Part shown: positions 9,418-18,654 of the stretch, piece after piece
How positions within the stretch are numbered: position 1 is the stretch's first letter
Layout of the letters: every line of letters starts with the position of its first letter
NCBI GenBank assembly: GCA_937927515.1
Contig: CALBDO010000003.1
Location: forward strand, 67,274-131,273
Origin: Candidatus Kapaibacterium sp.
Lineage (GTDB): Bacteria; Bacteroidota; Ignavibacteria; Kapaibacteriales; UBA2268
Direction: 5' to 3'
DNA: 64,000 nucleotides
Notes under the pieces: model-generated
What the model was told of the DNA's origin: nothing
Database searches by the model: none
The model's input: the letters and a program-made list of their open reading frames with translations, nothing else
Translations under genes and position numbers: made by a program

Positions 9418-10299
9418 TTATAATATCCTTCTTACTTTGTATCCCTTTCTCTTTAATAAGCTTACAATACCATTTTCTCCAAGTAAATGGATTGCTCCTA
9501 CGATAACAAAGTATGTTTCACAAGAGGAAAGATAGTCAGTTATTTTAGATACCATTTTAAGATTTCTCTGTTCATTTAAAATAAAATTGAACTCTTTCTG
9601 AACTTTATCCTCTAAATCAGTATATAATTCGCTTATGAGAAGTGTTTCATCTCCTTTGAGCCAGGCATTATAAGTTTTATCAAAACTGCTGGTATCTTGC
9701 TTGGCTTTTATAAGAAAATATTCAAAGAAAAACTCTGGAGACAATTCATATAAACTTTTAAATATGTTGAGTTGCTCATTGAAGGATTCCAATTCAAGAA
9801 TCCGTTTGGTGGAATCAATCCTTTTAAGGAAATGAAATTCAATGCCTTCAACAAAATAGTGTCCTGAGTATATTAAATCTAGATTAATTAAAAAAAGTAT
9901 GGCAAACCAAGGCTGCATTTGATTATAAAAAAACTTTGGAATAGAGTGCATTTTGAAGAGACTATCAACTATTCTAAAGTATTTCTTTGGCATAACTTTC
10001 TCCAAAGTATTCCCATCCTTAAAAGTCCCATATTCAAAAATTTTAAATGGGTCAAGATTTTTTAAATTGATTTCAAAAACAATATTTCTACATGTATGAA
10101 ATGTACTATTAACAATTGGGTCGAGTGGATAGGCAGATGATTTTGCAATGTGAATTGAGCCAAATAAATACACCTTTGAACTATCGGTCTCTATCAAATA
10201 AAAAAAGCCTTTCGCAAAAAGCGCATAGTGAAAATTTAAGATTGATACAATTATTACAAGATAAAACAGTTTTTGTTTCATAAAGTTTGCCTTGAACAT
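9418..10299 (-). CDS. TraB/GumN family protein
   Basis: KVYLFGSIHIAKSSAYPLDP...VFEINL signature of TraB/GumN. Confidence 0.6.
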   Translation of the reverse strand: MFKANFMKQKLFYLVIIVSILNFHYALFAKGFFYLIETDSSKVYLFGSIHIAKSSAYPLDPIVNSTFHTCRNIVFEINLKNLDPFKIFEYGTFKDGNTLEKVMPKKYFRIVDSLFKMHSIPKFFYNQMQPWFAILFLINLDLIYSGHYFVEGIEFHFLKRIDSTKRILELESFNEQLNIFKSLYELSPEFFFEYFLIKAKQDTSSFDKTYNAWLKGDETLLISELYTDLEDKVQKEFNFILNEQRNLKMVSKITDYLSSCETYFVIVGAIHLLGENGIVSLLKRKGYKVRRIL

Positions 10300-10326
10300 T
10301 AAATTTGTAAATTTATCAAAATAATT

Positions 10327-11559
10327 TTGAATATGAATAGAAACATTGTTATTATTTGGACTTTGTTAAGCCTACAATTTATTAATTGTACCAGACAAGA
10401 GACAGTAATTAAATTTTGGCACTTTTGGAGCGAACCCCAACAGGCCCAGGTAGTAAAGGAAATTGTAGCTAAATTCGAGCGAGAAAATCATTGTAAGGTA
10501 CAAATTTCGGAACTCTCATGGAACGACGGTAAAACAAAACTTATCTTAGCATTCAACTCTCGAACTGCCCCTGACGTACTAGAACTCGGTTCGGATTGGG
10601 TGGCTCAATTTTCCTCGGCCGAAATTTTGGAACCTTTGGACACAAGCGAATTTAAAATAAGTAGATTTCTCGATTACACAACTCATCCAGGTAAATTCAA
10701 CGGTATTCTTTATGCAATTCCCTGGACCATCGGTACAAGAGTTCTCTTTTGTAACTTAGAACTTATGGAAAAATGTGGTATTCTTAATCCCCCAAAGTCC
10801 CTCGATGAACTGCTCGAATATTCCAGAAAAATCAATGACAGTGGAATAGGTTATGGTTTCGGAGCAAATGGAAGCGACCCACATCGGCTATACAAAAAGA
10901 TTCTTCCTTTGATATGGACCTATGGAGGCGAGATAATTGATACAAACGGCAATATTAATATTAATATACCAGCATCAATGAAAGCTTTTCAGACTTACTT
11001 TCAACTTTCACGGGCGGGCATCATTGAAACTCAGAAACAAATCGACTTGTATTTTATTCAGGGAAAGGTTGCCTTTTGCTTCTCGGGAGAATGGTTGCTA
11101 ACAATGATAAACCAATCCAATTCTAATCTTAGATTCGAAACGTGCCTTATGCCTGGAATAAACGGTAAGCCAGGAATTTCATTTGCTGGTGGTGAATATT
11201 TAGCAATTAATGCAGAATCAAAACACAAAGATTTGTCAAAAAAATTAATTAATTTTCTTATTGAGGAGAAAAATTTAATCGACCTTTGCAATAAAATACC
11301 AAGCGCTGGATTCCCTCCGGACACAAATGCCTTAAAGAAACTATACAATATTAACAACCAGCACAAAGCTACATTTCTAGAACAGCTCAAATATTCTAAA
11401 ATGACCCCTGTGCACCCACGTTGGATTGAAATCGAACCAATCATCGAAAAAGCTCTTGTCGAAGTTATTTTTCAGAAGAAAGGAATACCCCAATCAATCC
11501 AGGAAGCGCAACGCCAGATAGAAATATTTAACAAGAACATATTTTTTAACAACATTTAG
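10327..11559 (+). CDS. ABC transporter periplasmic solute-binding protein (family 1, sugar type); orphan with no permease or ATPase genes adjacent
   Basis: Signal peptide, then KFWHFW...AFNSRTAPDVLELGSDWVAQF, typical of family-1 extracellular solute-binding proteins. Confidence 0.75.
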   Translation: MNMNRNIVIIWTLLSLQFINCTRQETVIKFWHFWSEPQQAQVVKEIVAKFERENHCKVQISELSWNDGKTKLILAFNSRTAPDVLELGSDWVAQFSSAEILEPLDTSEFKISRFLDYTTHPGKFNGILYAIPWTIGTRVLFCNLELMEKCGILNPPKSLDELLEYSRKINDSGIGYGFGANGSDPHRLYKKILPLIWTYGGEIIDTNGNININIPASMKAFQTYFQLSRAGIIETQKQIDLYFIQGKVAFCFSGEWLLTMINQSNSNLRFETCLMPGINGKPGISFAGGEYLAINAESKHKDLSKKLINFLIEEKNLIDLCNKIPSAGFPPDTNALKKLYNINNQHKATFLEQLKYSKMTPVHPRWIEIEPIIEKALVEVIFQKKGIPQSIQEAQRQIEIFNKNIFFNNI

Positions 11560-11618
11560 ATAACAATTTCATAAAGTTTTGCTTGCTTTTATGTTAGTTT
11601 TTATTATTTTAGTTTTTA

Positions 11619-11885
11619 GTGTATTCTAAGTTTTTAATTATTATGATAGAAATGTTATTAAGCGAAGCACGAAACGAAAAAATTGTAAAAATCATCTCAA
11701 TAAATGCCTCCAAAGGTGCAAAATACAAGTTGCTCTCACTTGGTTTACATCCAAACGACATCATACAAATTCTTTCAAATCCTTCATTTGGTCCATTATT
11801 AATCAAAAACATATCTAAAGACAATGCAAGAATTGCGATTGGGCGAGTTATCGCTGAAAAAATCCAAGTCGAAAGCATCAATTAA
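11619..11885 (+). CDS. feoA: FeoA ferrous iron transport protein A
   Basis: Small SH3-like protein; LSLGLHPNDIIQILSNPSFGPLLIKNISKDNARIAIGRVIAEKIQVE matches the FeoA pattern. Confidence 0.7.
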   Translation: MYSKFLIIMIEMLLSEARNEKIVKIISINASKGAKYKLLSLGLHPNDIIQILSNPSFGPLLIKNISKDNARIAIGRVIAEKIQVESIN

Positions 11886-13800
11886 AACCATAGTGTTGGT
11901 TGGACAGCCCAACTGTGGCAAGAGCACATTGTTTAACGCTCTTTCGGATATAAAAGTATCTACAGCTAATTTTGCAGGTACAACTGTTGAATATAAAGAC
12001 AGTTTAATTAATATCTATGGGCAAAGTGTTTACATAATTGATTTGCCAGGTATTTATTCATTGACACCATCTGAACCAGCTGAATACGCAACATTCAATT
12101 ACCTCCTGAATAATAATATCGACCTAATAATCAACGTGATTGACTCTACTCTCATAACAAAAAGCTTAGAATTAACAATTGAACTTAGCCAACTCGGGAT
12201 TCCAATTGTTATCGCTCTCAACATGAACGACGAAGCACAAAATAAAGGTATAGAGATTGATAATGAACTTTTATCTCGTTTCTTTGGGGGCATACCGGTT
12301 GTAAAAATATCGGCTCTATTTAGAAAAGGAATGACTGAATTGCTAAATTCAATTTACACTCAGCTTTTTACAGAACCGACTAAACCCGTTCAAATTTTAT
12401 TTTCAAAACCAATAGAGGATGCTTTAGCTAAATTTTCTGGTATTGTAGAAATATCTTTCTCTAAATCCATTCATAATAGATTTTTTTTAATCAAAGCACT
12501 GGAAAATGAAGATATTATAAAAAACTTTGTTAGAACTAATAACCAAGACTTATATTTAGAAATCAAAAGAAACTTGTCTAAACAATTTGGATTGTCTGTT
12601 TTCGAGATTTTTACAAACGAGCGAAATATATTGAGCACTAAAATTTCTCAACAAGTAACCAAACACAATCCCCAGCCTTTGGTGCCATTTATTGAAAAGA
12701 TTGATTTGCTTTTCCTAAGACCTTCGACTGGTTACTTTTTTGCGATTATATTTTTTGTGCTATACTTCACACTCATTTTTATTTTCGGTGGTTTGTTGAG
12801 CGAAATTCTCGAAAAGCCACTGGGAAACCTTTCTATACTTATCGAACCTTTGAAAACAACCACACAGCTCGGGTGGTTTGTTGCCGATGGGTTAATCCAA
12901 GGACTTTTGGGAGCAATTGGTATTGTTTTACCATACTTTTTGCCGCTGTTGTTTTTAACCGCTATACTCGAGGAAAGTGGTTACATGGCGAGAATAGCTT
13001 ATCTTATGGATGTTGTCTTCCATCAGATTGGGCTTCACGGAAAGTCTGTTGCTTCGTTCATAATGGGATTTGGGTGCACAGTTCCAGCTGTATTTGCTAC
13101 AAGGATTATAGAAAATCGAAGAGATAGACTCTTAGCATCCATTCTTATAAATTTCATACCTTGTTCGGCAAGATTGACAGTCATCTTTGCTCTCACAACT
13201 GCGCTAACTGGACCAATTTGGACAATTGTAATTTTTTTCTTTATTCTTCTTGCAATTGCATCTACAGCAAAAATTCTTTCTTGGTTTTTACCAAAACCAA
13301 CTGGTTTAATTATGGAAATTCCTCCACTTCGAATTCCTTCAATTCAAATAGTTTTTAAAAAAACTTATTTCAAACTTTTGGAATTCTTCAAAATCGCTTT
13401 TCCATTTCTTCTGCTTGGAAGTGTCATTTTAGCAATCCTTGAATATTTAAACTTTCATTATTTTGTAAATTCTTTACTATCCCCTTTAATACAAAATATT
13501 TTAGGATTGCCAAAGGAATTGGGTACAGCATTGGTCTTTGGTTTTCTTCGTAAAGAACTCGCTGTATTTATGATTGCCCGCTCATTTGGAACTACTGATT
13601 TACATTTATTACCAATGACGATTACACAAGTTCTAACTTTTATAGTTTTTGTAGTATTCTATCTACCTTGTATTTCCACAACAGCAGTATTTTGGAAGGA
13701 ATTTGGATGGAAACATCTTCTCCTGACAATTACGATTGGGTTGACTATGTCGATAATTTCTGCTTTGTTTTTTAGGTTTGCATTAACAACTTTTTTATGA
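11824..13800 (+). CDS. feoB: FeoB ferrous iron transporter (the true start is probably a non-ATG codon downstream of 11824; the annotated frame overlaps feoA)
   Basis: G-protein domain IVLVGQPNCGKSTLFNALS and a polytopic C-terminal membrane domain. Confidence 0.9.
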   Translation: MQELRLGELSLKKSKSKASIKTIVLVGQPNCGKSTLFNALSDIKVSTANFAGTTVEYKDSLINIYGQSVYIIDLPGIYSLTPSEPAEYATFNYLLNNNIDLIINVIDSTLITKSLELTIELSQLGIPIVIALNMNDEAQNKGIEIDNELLSRFFGGIPVVKISALFRKGMTELLNSIYTQLFTEPTKPVQILFSKPIEDALAKFSGIVEISFSKSIHNRFFLIKALENEDIIKNFVRTNNQDLYLEIKRNLSKQFGLSVFEIFTNERNILSTKISQQVTKHNPQPLVPFIEKIDLLFLRPSTGYFFAIIFFVLYFTLIFIFGGLLSEILEKPLGNLSILIEPLKTTTQLGWFVADGLIQGLLGAIGIVLPYFLPLLFLTAILEESGYMARIAYLMDVVFHQIGLHGKSVASFIMGFGCTVPAVFATRIIENRRDRLLASILINFIPCSARLTVIFALTTALTGPIWTIVIFFFILLAIASTAKILSWFLPKPTGLIMEIPPLRIPSIQIVFKKTYFKLLEFFKIAFPFLLLGSVILAILEYLNFHYFVNSLLSPLIQNILGLPKELGTALVFGFLRKELAVFMIARSFGTTDLHLLPMTITQVLTFIVFVVFYLPCISTTAVFWKEFGWKHLLLTITIGLTMSIISALFFRFALTTFL

Positions 13801-13876
13801 TTTCAAATTTTTATGTTATAATTTTTTTTATATTATTTTTGTTATTTTAAATATTTGAAAATTAATAGGTTTTGCA

Positions 13877-14530
13877 ATGGTTAGTCAAGCTGTTCAAGAT
13901 TACTTAAAAGCAATTTTCAAACTTCAGAAGGACAGTCCAGTTTCGACAACTGAGTTAGCAAAAGAATTAAACGTGTCTGGCGCCTCTGTTACGGGAATGT
14001 TAAAACGTCTTGCAAGTATGGGACTTGTTGAGTATAACTCATATCATGGAGCAAAACTAACTCCCTCTGGCGAAAAGGTCGCTTTGGAAACTATACGCTT
14101 CCATCGTTTGCTGGAGCTTTATTTAAAAGAGCAGTTACATTATCCTTTGGACAAAGTCCACGAGGAAGCTTGCAAACTCGAACACTTCATTTCGGAGGAA
14201 TTCATTGAAAGAATTAATGAAATATTAGGCGACCCAAAGTTCGACCCCCACGGACATCCAATCCCTACAAAAGAGGGATTTCTCTTGAATCAAGATGAAA
14301 TTCCTTTGACCGATGCAGAAATAGGTGTATCCTATACAATTGGTCACCTGGAAGATGATAATCCAGAACTTCTTGCATATTTAGAAAGCCTTGGACTTTT
14401 ACCAGGAACTGTTATCAAAATTATTGAAAAACTTCCATTCTATGGACCAATCTCACTGAAAATAAAAAACTCACCCAAAACACATACTATTGGATTCGAG
14501 GTTGCCAAAAGAATATTCGTTCAAAAATAA
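13877..14530 (+). CDS. DtxR/IdeR-family metal-dependent transcriptional repressor with a C-terminal FeoA/SH3-like domain
   Basis: N-terminal wHTH (SVTGMLKRLASMGLV) and a metal-binding/dimerisation region (HEEACKLEHF..HGHPIP). Confidence 0.85.
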   Translation: MVSQAVQDYLKAIFKLQKDSPVSTTELAKELNVSGASVTGMLKRLASMGLVEYNSYHGAKLTPSGEKVALETIRFHRLLELYLKEQLHYPLDKVHEEACKLEHFISEEFIERINEILGDPKFDPHGHPIPTKEGFLLNQDEIPLTDAEIGVSYTIGHLEDDNPELLAYLESLGLLPGTVIKIIEKLPFYGPISLKIKNSPKTHTIGFEVAKRIFVQK

Positions 14531-14540
14531 TTTTTAATAA

Positions 14541-16877
14541 ATGAAAAACATTCCAGACATATCATTCTGTCTGATTGTTAAGAACGAAGAAAGATTTCTG
14601 GAAAATTGTCTAATTTCTATCGTCCCTATAGCAAAAGAGATTGTAATAGTTGATACCGGCTCTACTGATAACACAATCAGAATTGCAAAGAAGTATACAA
14701 ACAAAGTATATTACTACCAATGGGACGACAACTTTTCCACCGCGAGGAATTTCGCCATCTCTTTGGCAGAGTGTCCTTTTATTTTCTCAATAGACGGTGA
14801 CGAAGAACTAAAGAATCCCGAGGCTGTTATCAATGCTATTAACAATTCAAGCGGTGAAACTGGTGGTTGGTTAGTTACAAATATATCCATGGCATCAAGG
14901 AAGATAGGGACCGGTTTCGATACTTTTGCAACAAAATTAGTTCGCCTATTCCGAAATCATCCAAATATTCGATTCCAAGGTATAGTTCACGAACAGATAA
15001 TTCACTCAATATTGGGAAATAATTTTAAAATTTCCGACACCGAAATTATACTTTTACATTATGGCTACTCTCTTGCGCCCTCTGAGATGCAAAAAAAGCA
15101 AATCAGAAATCTAGACCTACTTTTGAACGCAATAGCAAAAGACCCAAACAATGCATATTATCATTTTCAAATTGCCAAAACATATCTCGCTTTAGATAAA
15201 CTTGTTGATGCTGACCATTATATTGAAAATTCATTGAAATTTTCTAACCAAGATAGCATCATACGACCACAGGCCTTAAATTATGGTGGTATAATCTCTT
15301 TCAAACTCGGAGATTTCGAAAAGTCCATCCAAAGAGCCAATGAATCATTAAAAATTATTCCAGTTCAGGCATTCGCAAATTTCATTTTAGGGGAAACATA
15401 CTCAGCTTTGACAGACTATAGGACTGCACTGCGTCACTATCAAGATATGGAAAATGCGCTAAAAAATCCTTCGCAACTTGCTTTAGTTATGGGAGATTAT
15501 TACTTACCCTTCGAAGCCTTGTATTTCCGCTTTGGAAGATGCTACATAGGAATTAGGCAATTCAACGATGCAGAAAAATATTTTAAAAAAGCCTTAGATA
15601 TTAATCCCAATGATTTCGACTCAGTAAGAGGTTTAGCAAATGCTCTTGTCTTTCAAAATAGATTTACAGAGGCACTTAAAATCCTTGAGGATTTTAAATC
15701 GAGGAATCCACAGTTAGAACATGAAGTTGCAAGCTTCATTGCTCAAGTCCAATCTTATCAACTAAATTCAATCAAATTGAAAAAACAAGATACATATAAG
15801 ACCGAAATAGAAACTCATTCCGAAAAACACTTTTCTTCTGCTGCTCAAACGCAACCACTATTATCCTTGAGTATGATTGTGAAAAACGAACAAAAGTACT
15901 TACCAGGCTGTTTAGAAAGTGTTCGGGATATTGTGGATGAAATAGTAATTCTTGACACTGGTTCGACAGACGAAACAAAAAACATCGCCAAAAGTTTTGG
16001 AGCAAGAATATATGAAACGCAATGGAGGGAAGATTTTTCACTTGCCCGCAATGAATCACTAAGCCATTGTAATGGTAAATGGATATTGTATTTAGATGCC
16101 GATGAAAGAGTGGTATATCCTAGCCCTTCTGAATTAAGAACTTTAATAGAAAATGCAGACCCATCTGTCGGTGCATTTTATTGTCTAATTGAAAGCGAGC
16201 ATTATCAAATGGACGGTAGTACAGAAGTACACCGTGGTGGTTATCCTCGAATATTTAGAAATCTCGGCTATCCCAAAATCAAATTTGTTGGTAGAGTACA
16301 CGAGCAAATTGCACCGTCGATATTCCAGAATGGTTTAAGCATACAATTTTCTGATGTAAAAATCCTCCACCTTGGTTACAATCAAAGCCGAGAAGTGATG
16401 GAGAGCAAAATTCGAAGAAACTATAGTATGCTCATACATCATGTAAAAGAAGAACCTTTGAATGGATATGCTTGGTACCAATTAGGGCAGACACTTGCTC
16501 AAATGGGTTTAGCCAACGAAGCAGAGAACGCAATTCGAATGGCTATCAGAACAAAAACACTTTCGAATTCTATTTATGCTTGTGCAGCATCTACTCTTGC
16601 AAAAATGGTTGGCAATCGCGGAAAGTATCAAGAAGCACTCTACTGGGCAGAGCAATCTTTGCAGAAAGTTCCAGACCAAATTTATGCACTCCATTTAAAA
16701 GCTTATGCATTGTTGTATCTGCAAAGATTTGAAGAAGCAGAACAAGAATTCAAAGAAGTTTTGAATAGAATTACCGTCAAAAAAGGAATTCCACTTACCG
16801 GTTTCGACATTGTTATACCTGAACACATCGTTGTGAAAGGATTGGAAATGGCACAAAAAAAAATAAAACCAAAATAA
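14541..16877 (+). CDS. Glycosyltransferase with two GT2 domains separated and followed by TPR repeats
   Basis: Two copies of the GT2 pattern (SFCLIVKNEE...IVDTGSTDNT and LSLSMIVKNEQ...ILDTGSTDET). TPR-like helical repeats between them and at the C-terminus. Confidence 0.75.
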   Translation: MKNIPDISFCLIVKNEERFLENCLISIVPIAKEIVIVDTGSTDNTIRIAKKYTNKVYYYQWDDNFSTARNFAISLAECPFIFSIDGDEELKNPEAVINAINNSSGETGGWLVTNISMASRKIGTGFDTFATKLVRLFRNHPNIRFQGIVHEQIIHSILGNNFKISDTEIILLHYGYSLAPSEMQKKQIRNLDLLLNAIAKDPNNAYYHFQIAKTYLALDKLVDADHYIENSLKFSNQDSIIRPQALNYGGIISFKLGDFEKSIQRANESLKIIPVQAFANFILGETYSALTDYRTALRHYQDMENALKNPSQLALVMGDYYLPFEALYFRFGRCYIGIRQFNDAEKYFKKALDINPNDFDSVRGLANALVFQNRFTEALKILEDFKSRNPQLEHEVASFIAQVQSYQLNSIKLKKQDTYKTEIETHSEKHFSSAAQTQPLLSLSMIVKNEQKYLPGCLESVRDIVDEIVILDTGSTDETKNIAKSFGARIYETQWREDFSLARNESLSHCNGKWILYLDADERVVYPSPSELRTLIENADPSVGAFYCLIESEHYQMDGSTEVHRGGYPRIFRNLGYPKIKFVGRVHEQIAPSIFQNGLSIQFSDVKILHLGYNQSREVMESKIRRNYSMLIHHVKEEPLNGYAWYQLGQTLAQMGLANEAENAIRMAIRTKTLSNSIYACAASTLAKMVGNRGKYQEALYWAEQSLQKVPDQIYALHLKAYALLYLQRFEEAEQEFKEVLNRITVKKGIPLTGFDIVIPEHIVVKGLEMAQKKIKPK

Positions 16878-16932
16878 ATTGTGTTCATTTAAAAATCAAA
16901 ACTATTTTGTAATTTTGCCTGTGAATTTAAAA

Positions 16933-17005
16933 GCCAACATAGCTCAGCTGGTAGAGCAGCTCACTCGTAATGAGCAGGCCGGCGGTTCGAATCCGCCTGT
17001 TGGCT
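16933..17005 (+). tRNA. tRNA-Thr (anticodon CGT)
   Basis: Cloverleaf read by hand. Acceptor GCCAACA/TGTTGGC. D-arm GCTC-AGCTGGTA-GAGC. Anticodon stem GCTCA/TGAGC with loop CTCGTAA. T-arm GGCGG-TTCGAAT-CCGCC. CCA is not encoded. Confidence 0.85.
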
Positions 17006-17010
17006 CTAAT

Positions 17011-18207
17011 TCAGTAATACAGATGAATTTGAAAATGCCACCTTGTCGAACTACTCTCGGTTGATTTAAAAAATCTATATTCTCCTATCAGCTCCAAATA
17101 AGGAATTGGAAAATACTTGACCCCCAAGGTTGAAGAGTAATTATATATTTTCCACACATTTTCTTTGGTAATTGATAGATTAGTAAACCCAGTTTCGAAA
17201 ACAAAGAAAGGTATAAAACCCCTAAAAGGATAATAAAAAATCTGAAAGATGATATTATTGGTTTTCCTCAATTCATTAAGAGAAGTAAAAACATACTCTC
17301 CTGTTATTCCTAAAAATTCAGAAATATTTAGGCCAAAATAACTGCTTGAACACAGAAATTCTCCATTCAATAATATTGAGCTACCAATATATTTGAACAA
17401 TAGAAAATCATCAAATATAGAAGGATAAAATACAACTTTTGTGTTGAAAGTAGGATTATGCTTTACCACAATGGGGATATTCCCAAAAATAGTAATTTGA
17501 GAAATAAAACGGGAATCGAAGGCACCAAAGAATAAGTCAAAACTTTCGTATCTTCTATATGAAAGCTCAATACCAAACTCTGAGTAATCTGGAGGAAAGA
17601 GGCTGGATGTATAGTCCACTGAAGCAATTCTACGGTTAAATCGTGTCATGTCACAATCACGAATGCCAAAGGAAGGCTGAAACTTTCCAATTTGCACTTC
17701 TGGTAGCAAATCCGAAATTTTAAAATTAATCGAAGCAGACCAGTTATCCTGACCTTGAAATACAATCGGAGCAATGTTGTATTGACCATTTAAAGAGAGG
17801 TTTTCATTCATCTTAATCAAAAAATACAATGCGAATTCCATCGGAAAATATCTTCTTTTGGCAAGCTCGGTACGATGCGAGCGAGTAGACTGGAAACGAA
17901 AATCCAAACCAAATGCAAATGGACGTGAAAATTGTTTTTTTGGGGTAACATCAAAAAAATGAATTGTATCCCAATATTGTTCTTTATCAAATAGGCTATA
18001 TATTCTATCGATTTCTTCATTGCCTATCGGAAAATGTGAAGCGTCCCGAATAAATTTCCATCCGAACTCAGTTCGAATTCCACCGCCTTGTGGATTAATA
18101 TGACACTTTGAACATTTGTTGCCCGAGTAAATAGCCAGCTCTAGTGTACCATAAACAACGAAGCTGTAAAGAAAAAAAAGTAACAGAGGAATTAATACCC
18201 TTACCAT
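17011..18207 (-). CDS. Cyc2-like fused monohaem cytochrome c / outer-membrane beta-barrel (putative)
   Basis: Signal peptide, CSKCH about 12 aa after the predicted cleavage site, then ~360 aa with beta-barrel-like alternating aromatics ending in ...FQIHLYY. Confidence 0.5.
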   Translation of the reverse strand: MVRVLIPLLLFFLYSFVVYGTLELAIYSGNKCSKCHINPQGGGIRTEFGWKFIRDASHFPIGNEEIDRIYSLFDKEQYWDTIHFFDVTPKKQFSRPFAFGLDFRFQSTRSHRTELAKRRYFPMEFALYFLIKMNENLSLNGQYNIAPIVFQGQDNWSASINFKISDLLPEVQIGKFQPSFGIRDCDMTRFNRRIASVDYTSSLFPPDYSEFGIELSYRRYESFDLFFGAFDSRFISQITIFGNIPIVVKHNPTFNTKVVFYPSIFDDFLLFKYIGSSILLNGEFLCSSSYFGLNISEFLGITGEYVFTSLNELRKTNNIIFQIFYYPFRGFIPFFVFETGFTNLSITKENVWKIYNYSSTLGVKYFPIPYLELIGEYRFFKSTESSSTRWHFQIHLYY

Positions 18208-18212
18208 AATTT

Positions 18213-18650
18213 TTATTTATGCGGTTGTAGTTTACCCAATTTCCGCGCTTTTATAACATCATCGCTACTGACCTGTACATCCATACTGTTTAGTTCACGA
18301 TAAACAAATTCTAAAATCATTGAAATATCTTCATTATTCAAAGTTGAGTCTATTTCTGTTGTCATTACACCGTAGTAAACTTCTCCATTTACAACTATTC
18401 TGCCACTTCTGCCAAAAAGCATACCCCGAAGCAATTCAATTTTATCACCCTTTTGCACATAATCAGAATTTTTCAAAGGCGGATAGACACCTTTGATACC
18501 TCTGCCATCCTTACGATGACATTTTGAACAATGTTCAATGAATAATTTCTTTGCTTTTTCTTTATTATATGAGAAAAGATTTAAATGAAAACCCAGAATA
18601 AGTAACACAACAAAAGAGTATAGAAAAAAGTATGAATGATATGATTTCAT
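18213..18650 (-). CDS. Membrane-anchored monohaem class I cytochrome c. Start placed at the internal Met (MKSYHSY...); the ORF-track start at 18746 would overlap the upstream gene.
   Basis: N-terminal hydrophobic anchor; FIEHCSKCH haem motif; downstream candidate Met ligand (GVM). Confidence 0.7.
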   Translation of the reverse strand: MKSYHSYFFLYSFVVLLILGFHLNLFSYNKEKAKKLFIEHCSKCHRKDGRGIKGVYPPLKNSDYVQKGDKIELLRGMLFGRSGRIVVNGEVYYGVMTTEIDSTLNNEDISMILEFVYRELNSMDVQVSSDDVIKARKLGKLQPHK

Positions 18651-18654
18651 AAAT

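Noticed and set aside
11058-11444. 128-aa ORF antisense within the solute-binding protein gene
   Set aside because: It has no domain signal and overlaps a conserved solute-binding protein completely.
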